Assembly (NCBI GenBank): GCA_037379345.1
Contig: CM074523.1
Coordinates: 29,294,995 to 29,358,994, forward strand
Source: Perna viridis
Lineage: Eukaryota
Direction of reading: 5' to 3'
DNA length: 64,000 nucleotides
The notes below the pieces were generated by a model. That model had not been told where the DNA came from, ran no database searches, and worked only from the letters and a program-made list of their open reading frames with translations. Shown one piece after another: positions 39,040 to 50,272 of this stretch. Numbering within the stretch: the first letter of the stretch is position 1; each line of letters starts with the position of its first letter. A program made the translations under genes and the position numbers.

Positions 39040-39190
39040 TCATTTTTTGAGACAATATTCAATTTTGTGTCACAAAAGTCAATTCTGTGTCACAAAAGTC
39101 AATTCTGTTTAACAAAAATCAATTCTTTGTCACAAAAATCAATTTGTGAGACAAAAGTCTATTTTGTGTCATAAAAGTCAATTTTGTATG
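39040..39190. repeat. 20-bp tandem repeat
   Basis: AATTCTGTGTCACAAAAGTC units. Confidence 0.75.
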
Positions 39191-39484
39191 CAAATTAGTT
39201 TACAGAATCCTTTGTATATGCAAATGAATTCTCTCTTATTACGATTTTTGTAAAAAGGCCTCTCACTGGATATAGTAACCGGGCGTCTGGCAGGATTCTG
39301 ATTACTTCGAGCAAGGTAATACCATATGGTAGATGGTCTATTTTGCAAAAGTAATACTTTATTATATATTACTTACTTTTGCAGAATAGCTCATTACCCA
39401 TATAATATGTCCTTGCTCGAAATAATCGCAAACCTGCGTCTGCGAGACCCGCAGATGCTATATCCAATGAGAAACCTTCTTACC

Positions 39485-42010
39485 TGGTTAGTACGATCCA
39501 GTGGTCTTTGGTCAGTTTGATCAAACGGTCTCTAGCCTGTATGATCCAGTGGTCCCTGGTCTGTAAAGTCAGGTGGCACCTAGTCAGTGATATAATCCAT
39601 ATGATTCAGTGATTCGCAACCTATTTGATCCAAAGTCCGTATGTTCTAGTGATCCCCTAGTCCTTATGATAAAGTGGTCTCAAGATTGGTGATCTAGTGG
39701 TCCTTTGTCAGTATGATTTAGTGATCTTCTAGTAAGTATGATCTGGTGATCCCCTATAGTCTTAATGATCCAGTGGTGTCTGAACAGTATGACCTAGTGA
39801 TCCCTTAGTCTGTATGATCCATGCAGTAATCTCTATTTTGTATGATCCAATGGTCCCTAGGCAGTATGATTCAGTGGTCTGTAGTCAGTATGGTCCATTG
39901 GTCTCTTGGCAGTATGATCCAGTGGTCCCTAGGCAGTATGATGCAGTGGTCTGTAGTCAGTATGGTCCATTGGTCTCTTGTTAGTATGATCCAGTGGTCC
40001 CTATGCAGTATGATCCAATGGTCTTTAATCTGTATAGTCAAGTGGTCCTAGCTTAGTAAGTGATGTGATCTACATGATTCAGTGATTTACAACCTATTTG
40101 ATCCAATAGTCCAAAGTCTGTATGATCTGGAGATCCCCTAGTCAGTATGATCCAGTGGTCCATAGTCAACCTGATCTAGTGATCCCTGTCAGTATGATCT
40201 ATTGATCCCTTAGTCAGTATGGTCCAGTGGTCTATATTCAGTATGATTTAGTGGTCCATATTCATTATGATTCAGTTTTCCCTAGTCAGGATGATCCAGT
40301 GGTCCTAATCAGCATAATCCAGTGAACTCTAGTCTGTATGGTTATGTGGTCTCTAGTCAGTATGATCCAGTGGTCTCTAGTCTGTATGATTTAGTGGCCC
40401 TTAGTCAGTATGAGGCAGTGGTCCCTAGTCAGTCTGATCTAGTGACATCCTAGTCTGCATAATCCAGCTAGAGCGATCCAGTGGTCCCTTTGTCAGTATG
40501 ATCTAGCAGTCTCTAGCCTATTTGATACAGTGGTCAGTATGGTTTAGTGGTCTCTAGTAAGTATTATCCAGTGATCTCTAGTCAATATGATCCGTGGTCG
40601 ATAGTCCGTATGATCTAATCATCTCTAGTCTGTATGATACAGTGGTCCCTGGTTAGTATGACCAAATGGGATCCCGTGGTTTCCTAGTCAATGTGATTTA
40701 GTAATCCACAACCTATTTAATCAATAATCTACGTGTTTATGATTGATATATCTCAGTAGTTTCTAGTCAATATGATCTCATTACCCATACTCATTTAATG
40801 ACCCTTTTTCCAAATGATCTAGTGATCCTTATCTGCATGATTCGGTGATGTTTATCCACATGATTCAGTGATCAACAGCCTATATAATACTAGTATGATC
40901 AAGTGATCCCTAGTAAATATGATTAAGTGATTACTAGCATATATGATAAACCAATGCTTAATGTATATTATCAATGGACCGCTAGTGTATATAATCAAGT
41001 GATCACTAGTATATATGTATCAAGTCATTCCTAGTGTATATGATCAAGTGATCACTAGTATATATAATTGGGTGATCCTTGTATATATGATCAAGTGATT
41101 CTTACGTATGTCAGAGCTTGCTAAAACTACGCAGACTTTTTGTATGGCGCTAAAGGAACTCTAACAAATAGGCTTCTGGAACAGGATTATATTGCTACAA
41201 GATTAAAGTCATCACTACAGAAGTTTTAAGGAAGTCATCATGAACTCGTGGATCGTTAGGGTGTATCCATCTGCACCATGAAAACTGATTTATTCAACGG
41301 GTCATAGGTTTCCTTTCCTCGTTTGTCTACCCCGAACTTGACTTTTTATGAGCAACTCGGCGGGTGTTTCTAGAAAAGCAGAGGACGCTTACCCTACAGG
41401 TGCATCTGGTCCATGCTCCCAGTTTATAGTGGAGTCCGAGTTGCTCATTTGCTTTTGTTACTTTGTATATATGGTTTTAGTTACTTTATGTTCTTTGTTG
41501 TGTATGTCTGTTTTCCATGTCTAGTCTTTGGCCCTGGATTACATTCTTTTGATTACCTTGGTTCCCTTGATTACTCTTGCGACATATAATCAATGGATCA
41601 CTAGTATATATGATCAAGTGGTTGCTATTATATAAATGATTGTGTGTTGTCCAGATGTCCCTAGTCCATGTAATTCAGTGATTCATAGTCTATGTGATTC
41701 AGTGTTCACTAGTCTATGTGATTTAGTGATCCTTTGTCTATGTGATTTATTGATCATTAGTATATTTGATTCAGTGATCATTAGTCTATGTGATTCAGTG
41801 TTAACTAATCTATGTGATTCAGTGTTAACTAATCTATGTGATTCGGTGATAATTAGTCTATGTGATTCAGTACTCACCAGTCTATGTGATTCAGTGATCA
41901 TTATTCTATGTGATTCAATGGTCATAAGTATATGTGATTCAATGGTCATAAGTCTATGTGATTCAGTGCTCACTAGTCAATGTGATTCAATGGTCATTAG
42001 TCTATTTGAT
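39485..42010. repeat. Long ~24-bp minisatellite array with progressive sequence drift; contains a Naiad insertion
   Basis: TATGATCCAGTGGTCCCTAGTCAG changes to TATATGATCAAGTGATCACTAGTA and then TGTGATTCAGTGATCATTAGTCTA. Confidence 0.9.
41105..41579 (+). mobile_element. Naiad PLE family A 3' fragment
   Basis: Colinear with 47795-48275. Confidence 0.9.
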
Positions 42011-42173
42011 TATATATGGATACAAGATTATTTGAAACTGTGATCCATATTTTATATAAACAAGTAATCCCTAGAAGTATTTACGAATTAAGGTAATGGT
42101 TCAGATGTCTTATATTAATTTGTGTTCGTGATTGTAAGGTTGGTTAAATCGCCGAATTCCTATTTTCTTTCAG

Positions 42174-43153
42174 AAATGTTTCGGAAAGAAGGAAAAGTAA
42201 ACCTGTTGCACGATTTCAGTCCAAGAAGCCAGTTCTCGTGCACTAGATGCATAAAATATAGACATGTTAAACGGATTGACGAATTGCTCATTGGCAGTCA
42301 TGTTTGTTTTGAGGTGAAATTCAAGTTCTACCATGCAATTATTTCTAAAATCAGCAAAGTGAATGAAAAACGTGTTAGGCTTTGTATAATACATGCCTCC
42401 AAAAAAAGTGAGCTTGCTGTTGTTAAAAGGCTGTTTGGTAAAGAATTCGCTCAACATGATATAATTTATGAAGAATATTTACCAGAACTAGACCTTACAA
42501 AGAGCAGTATTTATATCGTTCAATATGACCGCTGTGTCTGCAAAAATGAAATGGTGCTCAAGAGAGCCATGTCACAGATTCATAGATCAGGAAATAGAGT
42601 TCAAAGGTCTTATGGGTCTATCGCATACGAACGGTTTCAATCAGAACCAGAAAATATAGATGAAACATCAGAGCGGTTTGCATCATGGTGTGTAACTGGA
42701 GAATGTGTTTCCTTAAATACTAGAAGTAGTAGAGATTGTATAGAATACATAAAAAGTCCTGCTGATATTACAATGCATTTGAGGGTTATTTCAGACAAAG
42801 ATCCCATTGAAAGTGCTACAAAACTTCATCAACAGCGATTGCTATGCGACACGTGCTTTTTGACGGAAGTCGTTCGCTTAGTAAATTCACAAGACACACC
42901 AGAAACCAAATACTTTCTACACAAATTAAACGCTGCTTGGGTACAGGACCGACAAACTCCGAATGGTCTATATCGCGTTAAATACAAACCCCAAATTGAG
43001 GAAGTTCTTATAAAAATAAAACGCTACAACGCAAAAACCAAGAGACGAGCATCTCAAATAGAGAAAGAAACATTTGTATTTACTTTGGTTCCAGGTCGTA
43101 AATGTCAAGTCACAGATACAGAAATACTTTACACATGCTTTTGTCCACTTTGA
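42174..43153 (+). CDS. LRAT/NC-domain protein paralog B, main coding exon; catalytic Cys replaced by Ser
   Basis: Colinear with paralog A: IGSHVCF..FYHAII..IIHAS..TSERFASWCVTG. CTTTCAG acceptor at 42173, ATG at 42176. Confidence 0.8.
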
Positions 43154-44110
43154 AAACAACTTTCATTCTTGATTAAGCACAATCAAACCCTGAAAAACAT
43201 GAACCTTGAATGCACAGAAAGGTCCTGAAATCTGGCTCTTATTTAATAATTCATGGTCAGCAGTGCACAACTGTGTATTTAAGTATTTTTTAAGGATGAT
43301 GACGCATGTCCAGTGCTTCTTGTACGGTATTATAAACGGTAATGGCATCTGCCCTTAGAGAGTCATCACGAGGTAGGCGGCAGTACTAGCAATTACCATG
43401 TGACGGGGATGAATCGCTTGAATAGGTCACCTTTTCGTGCTTCATATGTAGTACAATCGCCGGCCTGCGATGATTGTTAGATTAGTGTATGTTACACAAA
43501 TGAATCATTTACTTTGTATGTCAGATTAGTATTTAAGTTACTATGTACGTCAGATAAGTGCGTAATCAACTTTGTATGTTAGACTAGTGTGTAAGTTACA
43601 TTATAAATCATCAAGTAAGTATGTAGTTTACTTTGTATATAAGACTAGTAATTAGTTAATTTTGCGTGTTAGACTAGTGTGTAGTTTACTTCGTATGTTA
43701 GACTAATGTGTAGTTTACTTCGTAGGTTAGACTAGTGTGTAGTTTACTTTATATGTTAGACTAGTGTGTAGTTTACTTCGTAGGTTATACTATTGTGTAC
43801 TTTACTTTATATGTTAGACTAGTGTGTACTTTACTTCGTATGTTAGACTACTGTGTAGTTTACTTCGTATGTTAGACTAGTATGTAGTTTACTTTGTATG
43901 TTAGACTAGTGTGCAGTTTATTTCGTATGTTAAGACTAGTGTGTAGTTTACTATGTATGGTAGAAAATTGTGTAGTTTACTGTAAAGTTTAGTTTAGTAT
44001 GTAGTTTACTATGTATGTTTGGTTAGTGTATAGTTTACCATGTTTAGCTGATGTGTCATTTACTTTCATATGTTGAACCAGTGTGTAGTTTTCCATCATA
44101 TGTTAGACTA

Positions 44111-44722
44111 TACTCGGCGTCACATAAATAACATACTGTTAAAATTTGAATAAAAATATATTCTACGACTTTAGTGACACCTACCGTCGTTTAAATTGTC
44201 TTAAATGACTTGCTCATTCGTTTAGCCAAACGGCTTCTCCCTAAACATTGAATCGTTAAATTCCGGTCAGATTTTAATTCTCGGTGCCAATATTTACATT
44301 GTAAAAAGTCGGCCATGTTTACAGTGGTCGGGTTGCTAGGAGATGTTGTTTACGTTTAAATGGTTTGTCCAAAAACCCGAAGAACCCAGAATGCATTTCG
44401 GCGTTATTTCGGATATCTCGGATTTATTTTACGCGAACAACGTACAATACCGAGAAGTTGATCAAGAAGACGGGAACTTACGAACTTCGTTTGTAAACAA
44501 ATCGTCCCGTAGAAACCAACATGGCGGATATTAGTATGGGATTTTCCCGTAAGGCTTTGTTACGCATGATTTAAGCTAATAAGCAACTTGTTTAGGGAGA
44601 AGCCGTTTGGCTAAACGAATGAGCAAGTCATTTAAGACAATTTAAACGAGGTAGGTGTCAATAAAGTCGTAGAAAATATTTTTATTCAATTTTAACAGTA
44701 TATTATTTATGTGACCCGAGTA
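44111..44722. mobile_element. MITE with ~135-bp TIRs and TA target duplication
   Basis: 44111-44247 is the inverted repeat of 44589-44722; removing the element restores the satellite unit GTTAGAC-TA-GTG. Confidence 0.88.
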
Positions 44723-45285
44723 TAGTGCGATTAACTATCACATACATTTCGTAGTTTAATATGTTGGACTATTTGTGTGGTTTACGATGCCTGCTAGATT
44801 TATGTGTATTTCATGTTGTATGTTTAACTAGTGGTTCGTTCGTTATGTATGTTAGTCTTATTTGCATATACTGTTAACCACGTATATCAGACAAGTACCA
44901 TAGTGTGTACTGTTAACTACGCATGTCGGACAATTACTTTAGTGTATAGTGTTAATTACGTAGGTCACACAAGTACTATAGTGTGTAGTTTTGACTATAT
45001 ATGCCAGACAAATACTGTAGTATGTAGTGTTAATTATGTTTGACGGACAAGTACTATATATAGTTTGTAGTGTTAATTATGTATGTCAGACAAGTACTAT
45101 ATATAGTGTGTAGTGTTAATTACGTTTGTCACACAAGTACTATATTGTGTAGTTTTAACTATGTATGTCAGACAATTATTTTAGTATGTAGTGTTAATTA
45201 CATTTGACAGACAAGTACTATAGTGTGTAGTGTTATTGATTACGTATGTCAGACAAGTACTATATATAGTGTGTAGTGTTAACTG

Positions 45286-46320
45286 TAGGGCAAGCAAAAG
45301 TGTCCAAAAAACAATATCTTGCAATATTAGAAAATGAATTTTTAATATTTCAAAAAATCATTTTTTTAATATAAGAAACGGTTTTTTTAATGTTAGAAAT
45401 TCATTTTCTAATATTAAAAATTCATTTTCTAATATTACAAAGTGATTTAGTAATATTTTCAAACATCCCGCATTTTGTTACAAATTGAATATGTAATATT
45501 AGAAAATGAATTTGTAATGTTAGAAAGTGAATTTGTAATATTAAAAAATCACTTTGCTATATTGCAAAATCAGTCACATTTTTTAATATTACAAAATGAT
45601 TTTCTGATATTAAAAATCGGTATTGAAAACGATAAATCCATTTTCTAATATTAGAAAATCAATTTCTAATATTAAAAAGTCGTTTTTTAATATTCGAAAT
45701 TCAATTGACTTTTTAATATTAAAAAAGTATTTTGTGATATTAGAAATCTAATTTGTAATATTAGAAATCTTATTGGTAATATTAAAAATCTAATTTGTAA
45801 TATAAGTACATGAATTTAAAATATTGAAAAATCATTATTTAATATTGAAAAAACATACTTTTTTAATATTACAAATTCATTTTTTAATATCAGAAAATAT
45901 TTTATATTATAAGTTCATTTTGTAATATTAAAAATTCATTTTCTAATATTAAAAATTCATTTTCTAATATTAAAAATTCCTGATTTAGTAACATTATAAA
46001 ACTTCACACATTTTGTAATATTACAAATTGAATTTGTAATATTAAAAAATGAATTTGTAATATTACAAAATTAGTTACATTTTTTAATATTACAAAATGA
46101 TTTTTTAATATTAAAAATCGTAATTAAATACATCGAATCCATTTTCTAATATTAGAAAATCAATTTCTAATATTAAAAGATCGTTTTTTTTAATATTAGA
46201 AATTCAGTATTTTTGTATATAAGAAATCTAATTTGTAATATTAGAAAATGAATTTGTAATATTGAAAATAATTTTTTAACATTAGAAAATACTCATTTTT
46301 GTCCACTTTGGCTTGCCATA
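45286..46320. mobile_element. AT-rich MITE/foldback element with short TIRs and internal 21-bp repeats
   Basis: TAGGGCAAGCAAAAGTGTCCAAAAA versus TTTTTGTCCACTTTGGCTTGCCATA; TTTTCTAATATTAAAAATTCA units in both orientations. Confidence 0.8.
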
Positions 46321-46699
46321 TAACTATGTATATCAGACCAGTTCTGTAGTGTGTAGTGTTAATTATGTATGTCAGACAAGTACTATGTATAGTGTATAGT
46401 GTTAATTATGTATGTCAGACAAATGCTATATATAGTGTGTAGTGTTAATTATGTATGTCAGACAAGTACTATATATATAGTACCATTAAGCATCAATTCG
46501 ATAGCTCTGCATATCATTTATTTTTCTTCAGACAATGTCATAAATTTAGTATTTTATTGTACCATGCAACTTAATATGCTTACGGGCTATTTTATTTTGT
46601 TTATGTTAACAAATATTATTCCTAACCACAGCAACATTACTTCATATTCACATTTGTAACTATGTTCAAAGGGAGATAACTGCTTTCTTTCATTGTTTT

Positions 46700-48275
46700 T
46701 GACTGCAAAACCTTTTACATCCAATGTTTATCAGAGGTAGACGTAGAAAATAATAGCAGTGATAAGACCTATACTGCTACCACACTCTCCAAAGAAGAGA
46801 TTGTGGAAAACCATAAATCTGTGCTATCCTCTTTTGGTCTCTCTACCAAGGACGATGATTTTGATTTACCGTCTATTTACTGGATTCCTAAACTCCACAA
46901 GAATCCATAAAAACAATATTTCATAGCTGGATCTGCAAAATGTACCACCAAACCTCTTTCAAAATTTATAACTTCTATACTCACAACTGTCAAAGAGGGT
47001 CTACATTCCTACCACAATACTTGTTACTCCCGTAGTGGTATTAATTCAATGTGGGTCCTGAAAAATTCGAAAGATCTCTTGGAGACAATCAGTTCAAGAC
47101 TATTATCTGAATATAATAGCATCAAAACCTATGATTTTTCAACACTGTATACTTCTATTCCCCATACTCAGTTAAAATCCCGACTTAAAAACATTATACA
47201 TCATTGTTTTTCCAAAAAAAGATGGTACACCTAGATACAAATATATAGTTCTTGGCAGAGATTCCTCATACTTAGTAAGAAATAATTCCAAATCATCTTC
47301 CAAATATACAGAGGAAGATGTTTACAAAATGCTGGAATTTTTAATAGACAACATACTTGTCCAGTGTGGTGGACGTGTTTTTCAACAAACGGTCGGCATT
47401 CCAGTGGGAACAAATTGTACTCCTTTACTTGCTAACCTTTTCCTTCACTCTTATGAGGCTGACTTTATAGCTGATTTGATCCGAAAGAAAGAATATCGTT
47501 TAGCTAGATCCTTTAATCTCAGTTTCCGCTATATAAATGACGTATTATCTTTAAACAATCCTAATTTCGGGGATTTGATGCATCGTATCTACCCCAAAGA
47601 ACTAAAGGATATCACAGACACTGTGAAGTCAGCCTCATATCTTGACCTACACTTAGAAATCGATGGTAAAGGAAAACTATTGACCAAACTTTAAGACAAA
47701 CGTGATGACTTTTCATTCAAAATTGTCAACTTTCCTTTCATCTGTGCCAACATCCCTTCAGCACCTGCGTATGGAGTGTTCATATCACAACTGATACGTT
47801 ATGCCAGAGCCTGCCGAAACTACGCAGACTTTTTGTATCGCGCTAGAACTCTAACAAATAGGCTTCTGTAACAGGGTTATAATGCTACAAAATTGAAAGC
47901 ATCACTACAGAAGTTTTATGGTCGTCATCATGAACTCGTGGATCGTTAGGGTGTATCCATCTGCACCATGAAAACTGATTTATTCAACGGGTCATGGTTT
48001 TCCTTTCCTCGTTTGTCTACCCCGGACTTTTTATGAGCAACTCGGCGGGTATTTCTAGAAAAGCAGAGGACGCTTACCCTACCGGTGCACCTGGTCCATG
48101 CTCCCAGTTTTTAGTGGAGTCAGAGTTGCTCATTTGCTTTTGTTGCTTTGTATGTATGATTTTAGTTACTGTTAGTGTTCTTTGTTGTGTATGTCTGTTT
48201 TCCATGTCTGGTCTTTGTCCCTGGATTACATTCTTTTGATTACCGCTATGACCTTGGTTCCCTTGATTACTCTTT
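46700..48275 (+). mobile_element. Longest Naiad PLE family A copy (5'-truncated, RT with stops and frameshifts, 3' UTR)
   Basis: DLPSIYWIPKLHKNP*KQYFIAGSAKC, YDFSTLYTSIPH, GIPVGTNC.PLLANLFL, FRYINDVL, IVNFPFIC.NIPSAPAYGVFISQLIRYARAC; no C-terminal endonuclease. Confidence 0.92.
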
Positions 48276-48517
48276 CGTTTCACTTATTAAATTTTTGTGT
48301 TCGAGATGGTATTATTACTTTCTCCCAATAATCATTACTTTTACATTTGTATACTGTTACATTTATTAAAAAAAAGCAGACTGGACGTGATTGATGCGAG
48401 TCAAAAACCCAACAAATTTACTTTTAATTTCTTTTTTCAGAAAGAGTTGCAGACCACATAGCCAGCACTAGTTTGGCATTTGGTTGTTGCACATTTGACA
48501 AATAAATTATATAGATT

Positions 48518-48680
48518 GCAGGGGTGGATCCAGGCATTTTGAAAAGGAGGGGTGCCAGCCGGGTTCCTCAGAGAAAGGGGGTGCTAAGAAATTAATACCA
48601 TTTTTTCCCAATTTTGCACATGAAAATGACAAATTCCAATAAAAGGTGTGTAACCAACCCCCTATACCCTCCCCTGGAAT
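48518..48680. mobile_element. Small MITE of the CAGGGG(C/T)GGATCCAG type
   Basis: Characteristic end GCAGGGGTGGATCCAGG..CCCTCCCCTGGA; related ends at ~26115-26130 and ~30236-30250. Confidence 0.45.
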
Positions 48681-50112
48681 GTGTTAGGAATTGTCACTTT
48701 GCAAGAGTTATTTTTCTTGATTTGGTTGAATAATGTGGGAGATGAACGTATGGTTTTCTATAGCATAAAGTTATGAATTTAGAAAGAACTATGATAACAT
48801 ATATAAATAGCATATGTAGCCCACAAAAAAATATTTGTTTAATGTTTTTTTCCTGCACCATGAATATCTCTACTATAAGCAGTGTCTGAATCTTTTATAG
48901 ATTAGTACTTTATTGCTGAAACTTTAATTGAATGAAATTCTGGAAAAATAGGTTAAAAGTCTCCCTTAGATGGAATATTTGACCCCAAACTAATTTCTAT
49001 CTAGTTAAGTCAGAAAATCATAGGCACTGTGCTTGAATACAAAAATCAAATAAAGTTGTAAATATATATTTATTCAATATGTACACTAACAAATTAACAT
49101 ATACAAGAAAATTGTAATATTAAATTGTATACATATTCTCAAAAGATTTTAAAGTACACAAAACACGTATAATAGGATGCATCACATACACCAATTATAC
49201 CTTCCCTACAAACAATAATGGTATGTGCCACAATAAAGAAGGGTTATACCAAATTAGGATTACAAAGTAACATCAGGGTACTGACCATATTATCCTCATT
49301 ACATACAGGTACATGTAGCTTTCATTATTTATGGGATTAATTTTCCTAGAAATTATTAAGACATGAAAAACAACAAAATATTGATTTGTTCATGTCAAAA
49401 AGATGAATTGTTCAATTTGTTGGAAGTCTCACTTTGTTTTTAATATTTGTATATCCAGGAAAATGAATTGCCATTAAAAATAATGAATGTGCTAATAGAA
49501 TACTGATATATATATATATAGTTATAGATTATATATAACACTTCATCAATTCTTCTGTTTTAAGCTACAGCATCAATTCTATATCTTTTCTAGCTGTACA
49601 GACTTGTACATAATTATAAGGTTCAGTTTTTTTTACCAGTGTATCAAAAAATCTGCAGTGCAGTACAGTGACTTTTTACTAACTACGACTATGAGGTAGT
49701 TCTATAAAATGTACTTTCAATTTCATAACTTTTTTTTACAAAAACTTATGCATATCACAGTTTGCCTGCTTTTGATAAAAGTTTGCCAAAAATATTTATT
49801 CCATCTTAATCATGACAAAAACATATTTTGTACTTCAATTTACGTGGAAGGATAATCACTCCAAGTATTTTCTTACTGTGATATTTATTTCTTTGATTTT
49901 AAATCATGGTATGTTATACTGTTAAAAACCTGTGAACCATTAATTTGAGGGAATAACTATAGTTCAAATATAATGCAATAGATTCATTTAACACAAATTT
50001 AGGTTTTTATTTGGTTTCTCCAATATGTATCTTCAAGTGGATAACAAATATAAAAAATTAAGACATCAGAAAAAGATTTCACGAGCACTATAAGTAAAGT
50101 TAGTACAAGTTC

Positions 50113-50272
50113 AGAGCTCAGTTTCATAAAGAATCTCAAACTGAGATTTTCCTCAAATCCTTCCTCAACTCAAATTTTGACCATTTAAATCATTTGAATT
50201 TGAACATTTGAGGAAAACTCAAGGATTTGATGAAAATCTCACTTCAAGATTTTCTTCTTTGAAACCCAGGCC
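50113..50272. mobile_element. Short palindromic MITE
   Basis: GTTTCATAAAGAATCTCAAACTGAGATTTTCCTCAAATCC is imperfectly inverted with GGATTTGATGAAAATCTCACTTCAAGATT..TTTGAAAC. Confidence 0.55.

Larger units (their letters stand above)
43480..46480. repeat. 29-39-bp minisatellite array interrupted by two MITEs
   Basis: GTTAGACTAGTGTGTAGTTTACTTCGTAT units at 43.5-44.1 kb; related TAGTGTGTAGTGTTAATTATGTATGTCAGACAAGTACTA units at 44.8-45.3 and 46.3-46.5 kb. Confidence 0.85.

Noticed and set aside
41636-42043. Repetitive ORFs (SLCDSV.., TESHRL..) and similar ones at 21249, 39842 and 60214
   Set aside because: They are translations of minisatellites with unit lengths divisible by three, with no supporting gene structure.
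46700-48275. Selenocysteine-encoding Naiad (in-frame TGA plus SECIS, reported in clams)
   Set aside because: Cys codons read here are TGT/TGC, the in-frame stops are TAA/TAG at Tyr positions, and the 3' stem lacks SECIS spacing.
49670-49725. TGAGGTAGT as a let-7 miRNA gene
   Set aside because: Only the first 9 nt match and there is no long precursor hairpin; it fits better as a target site on the opposite strand.
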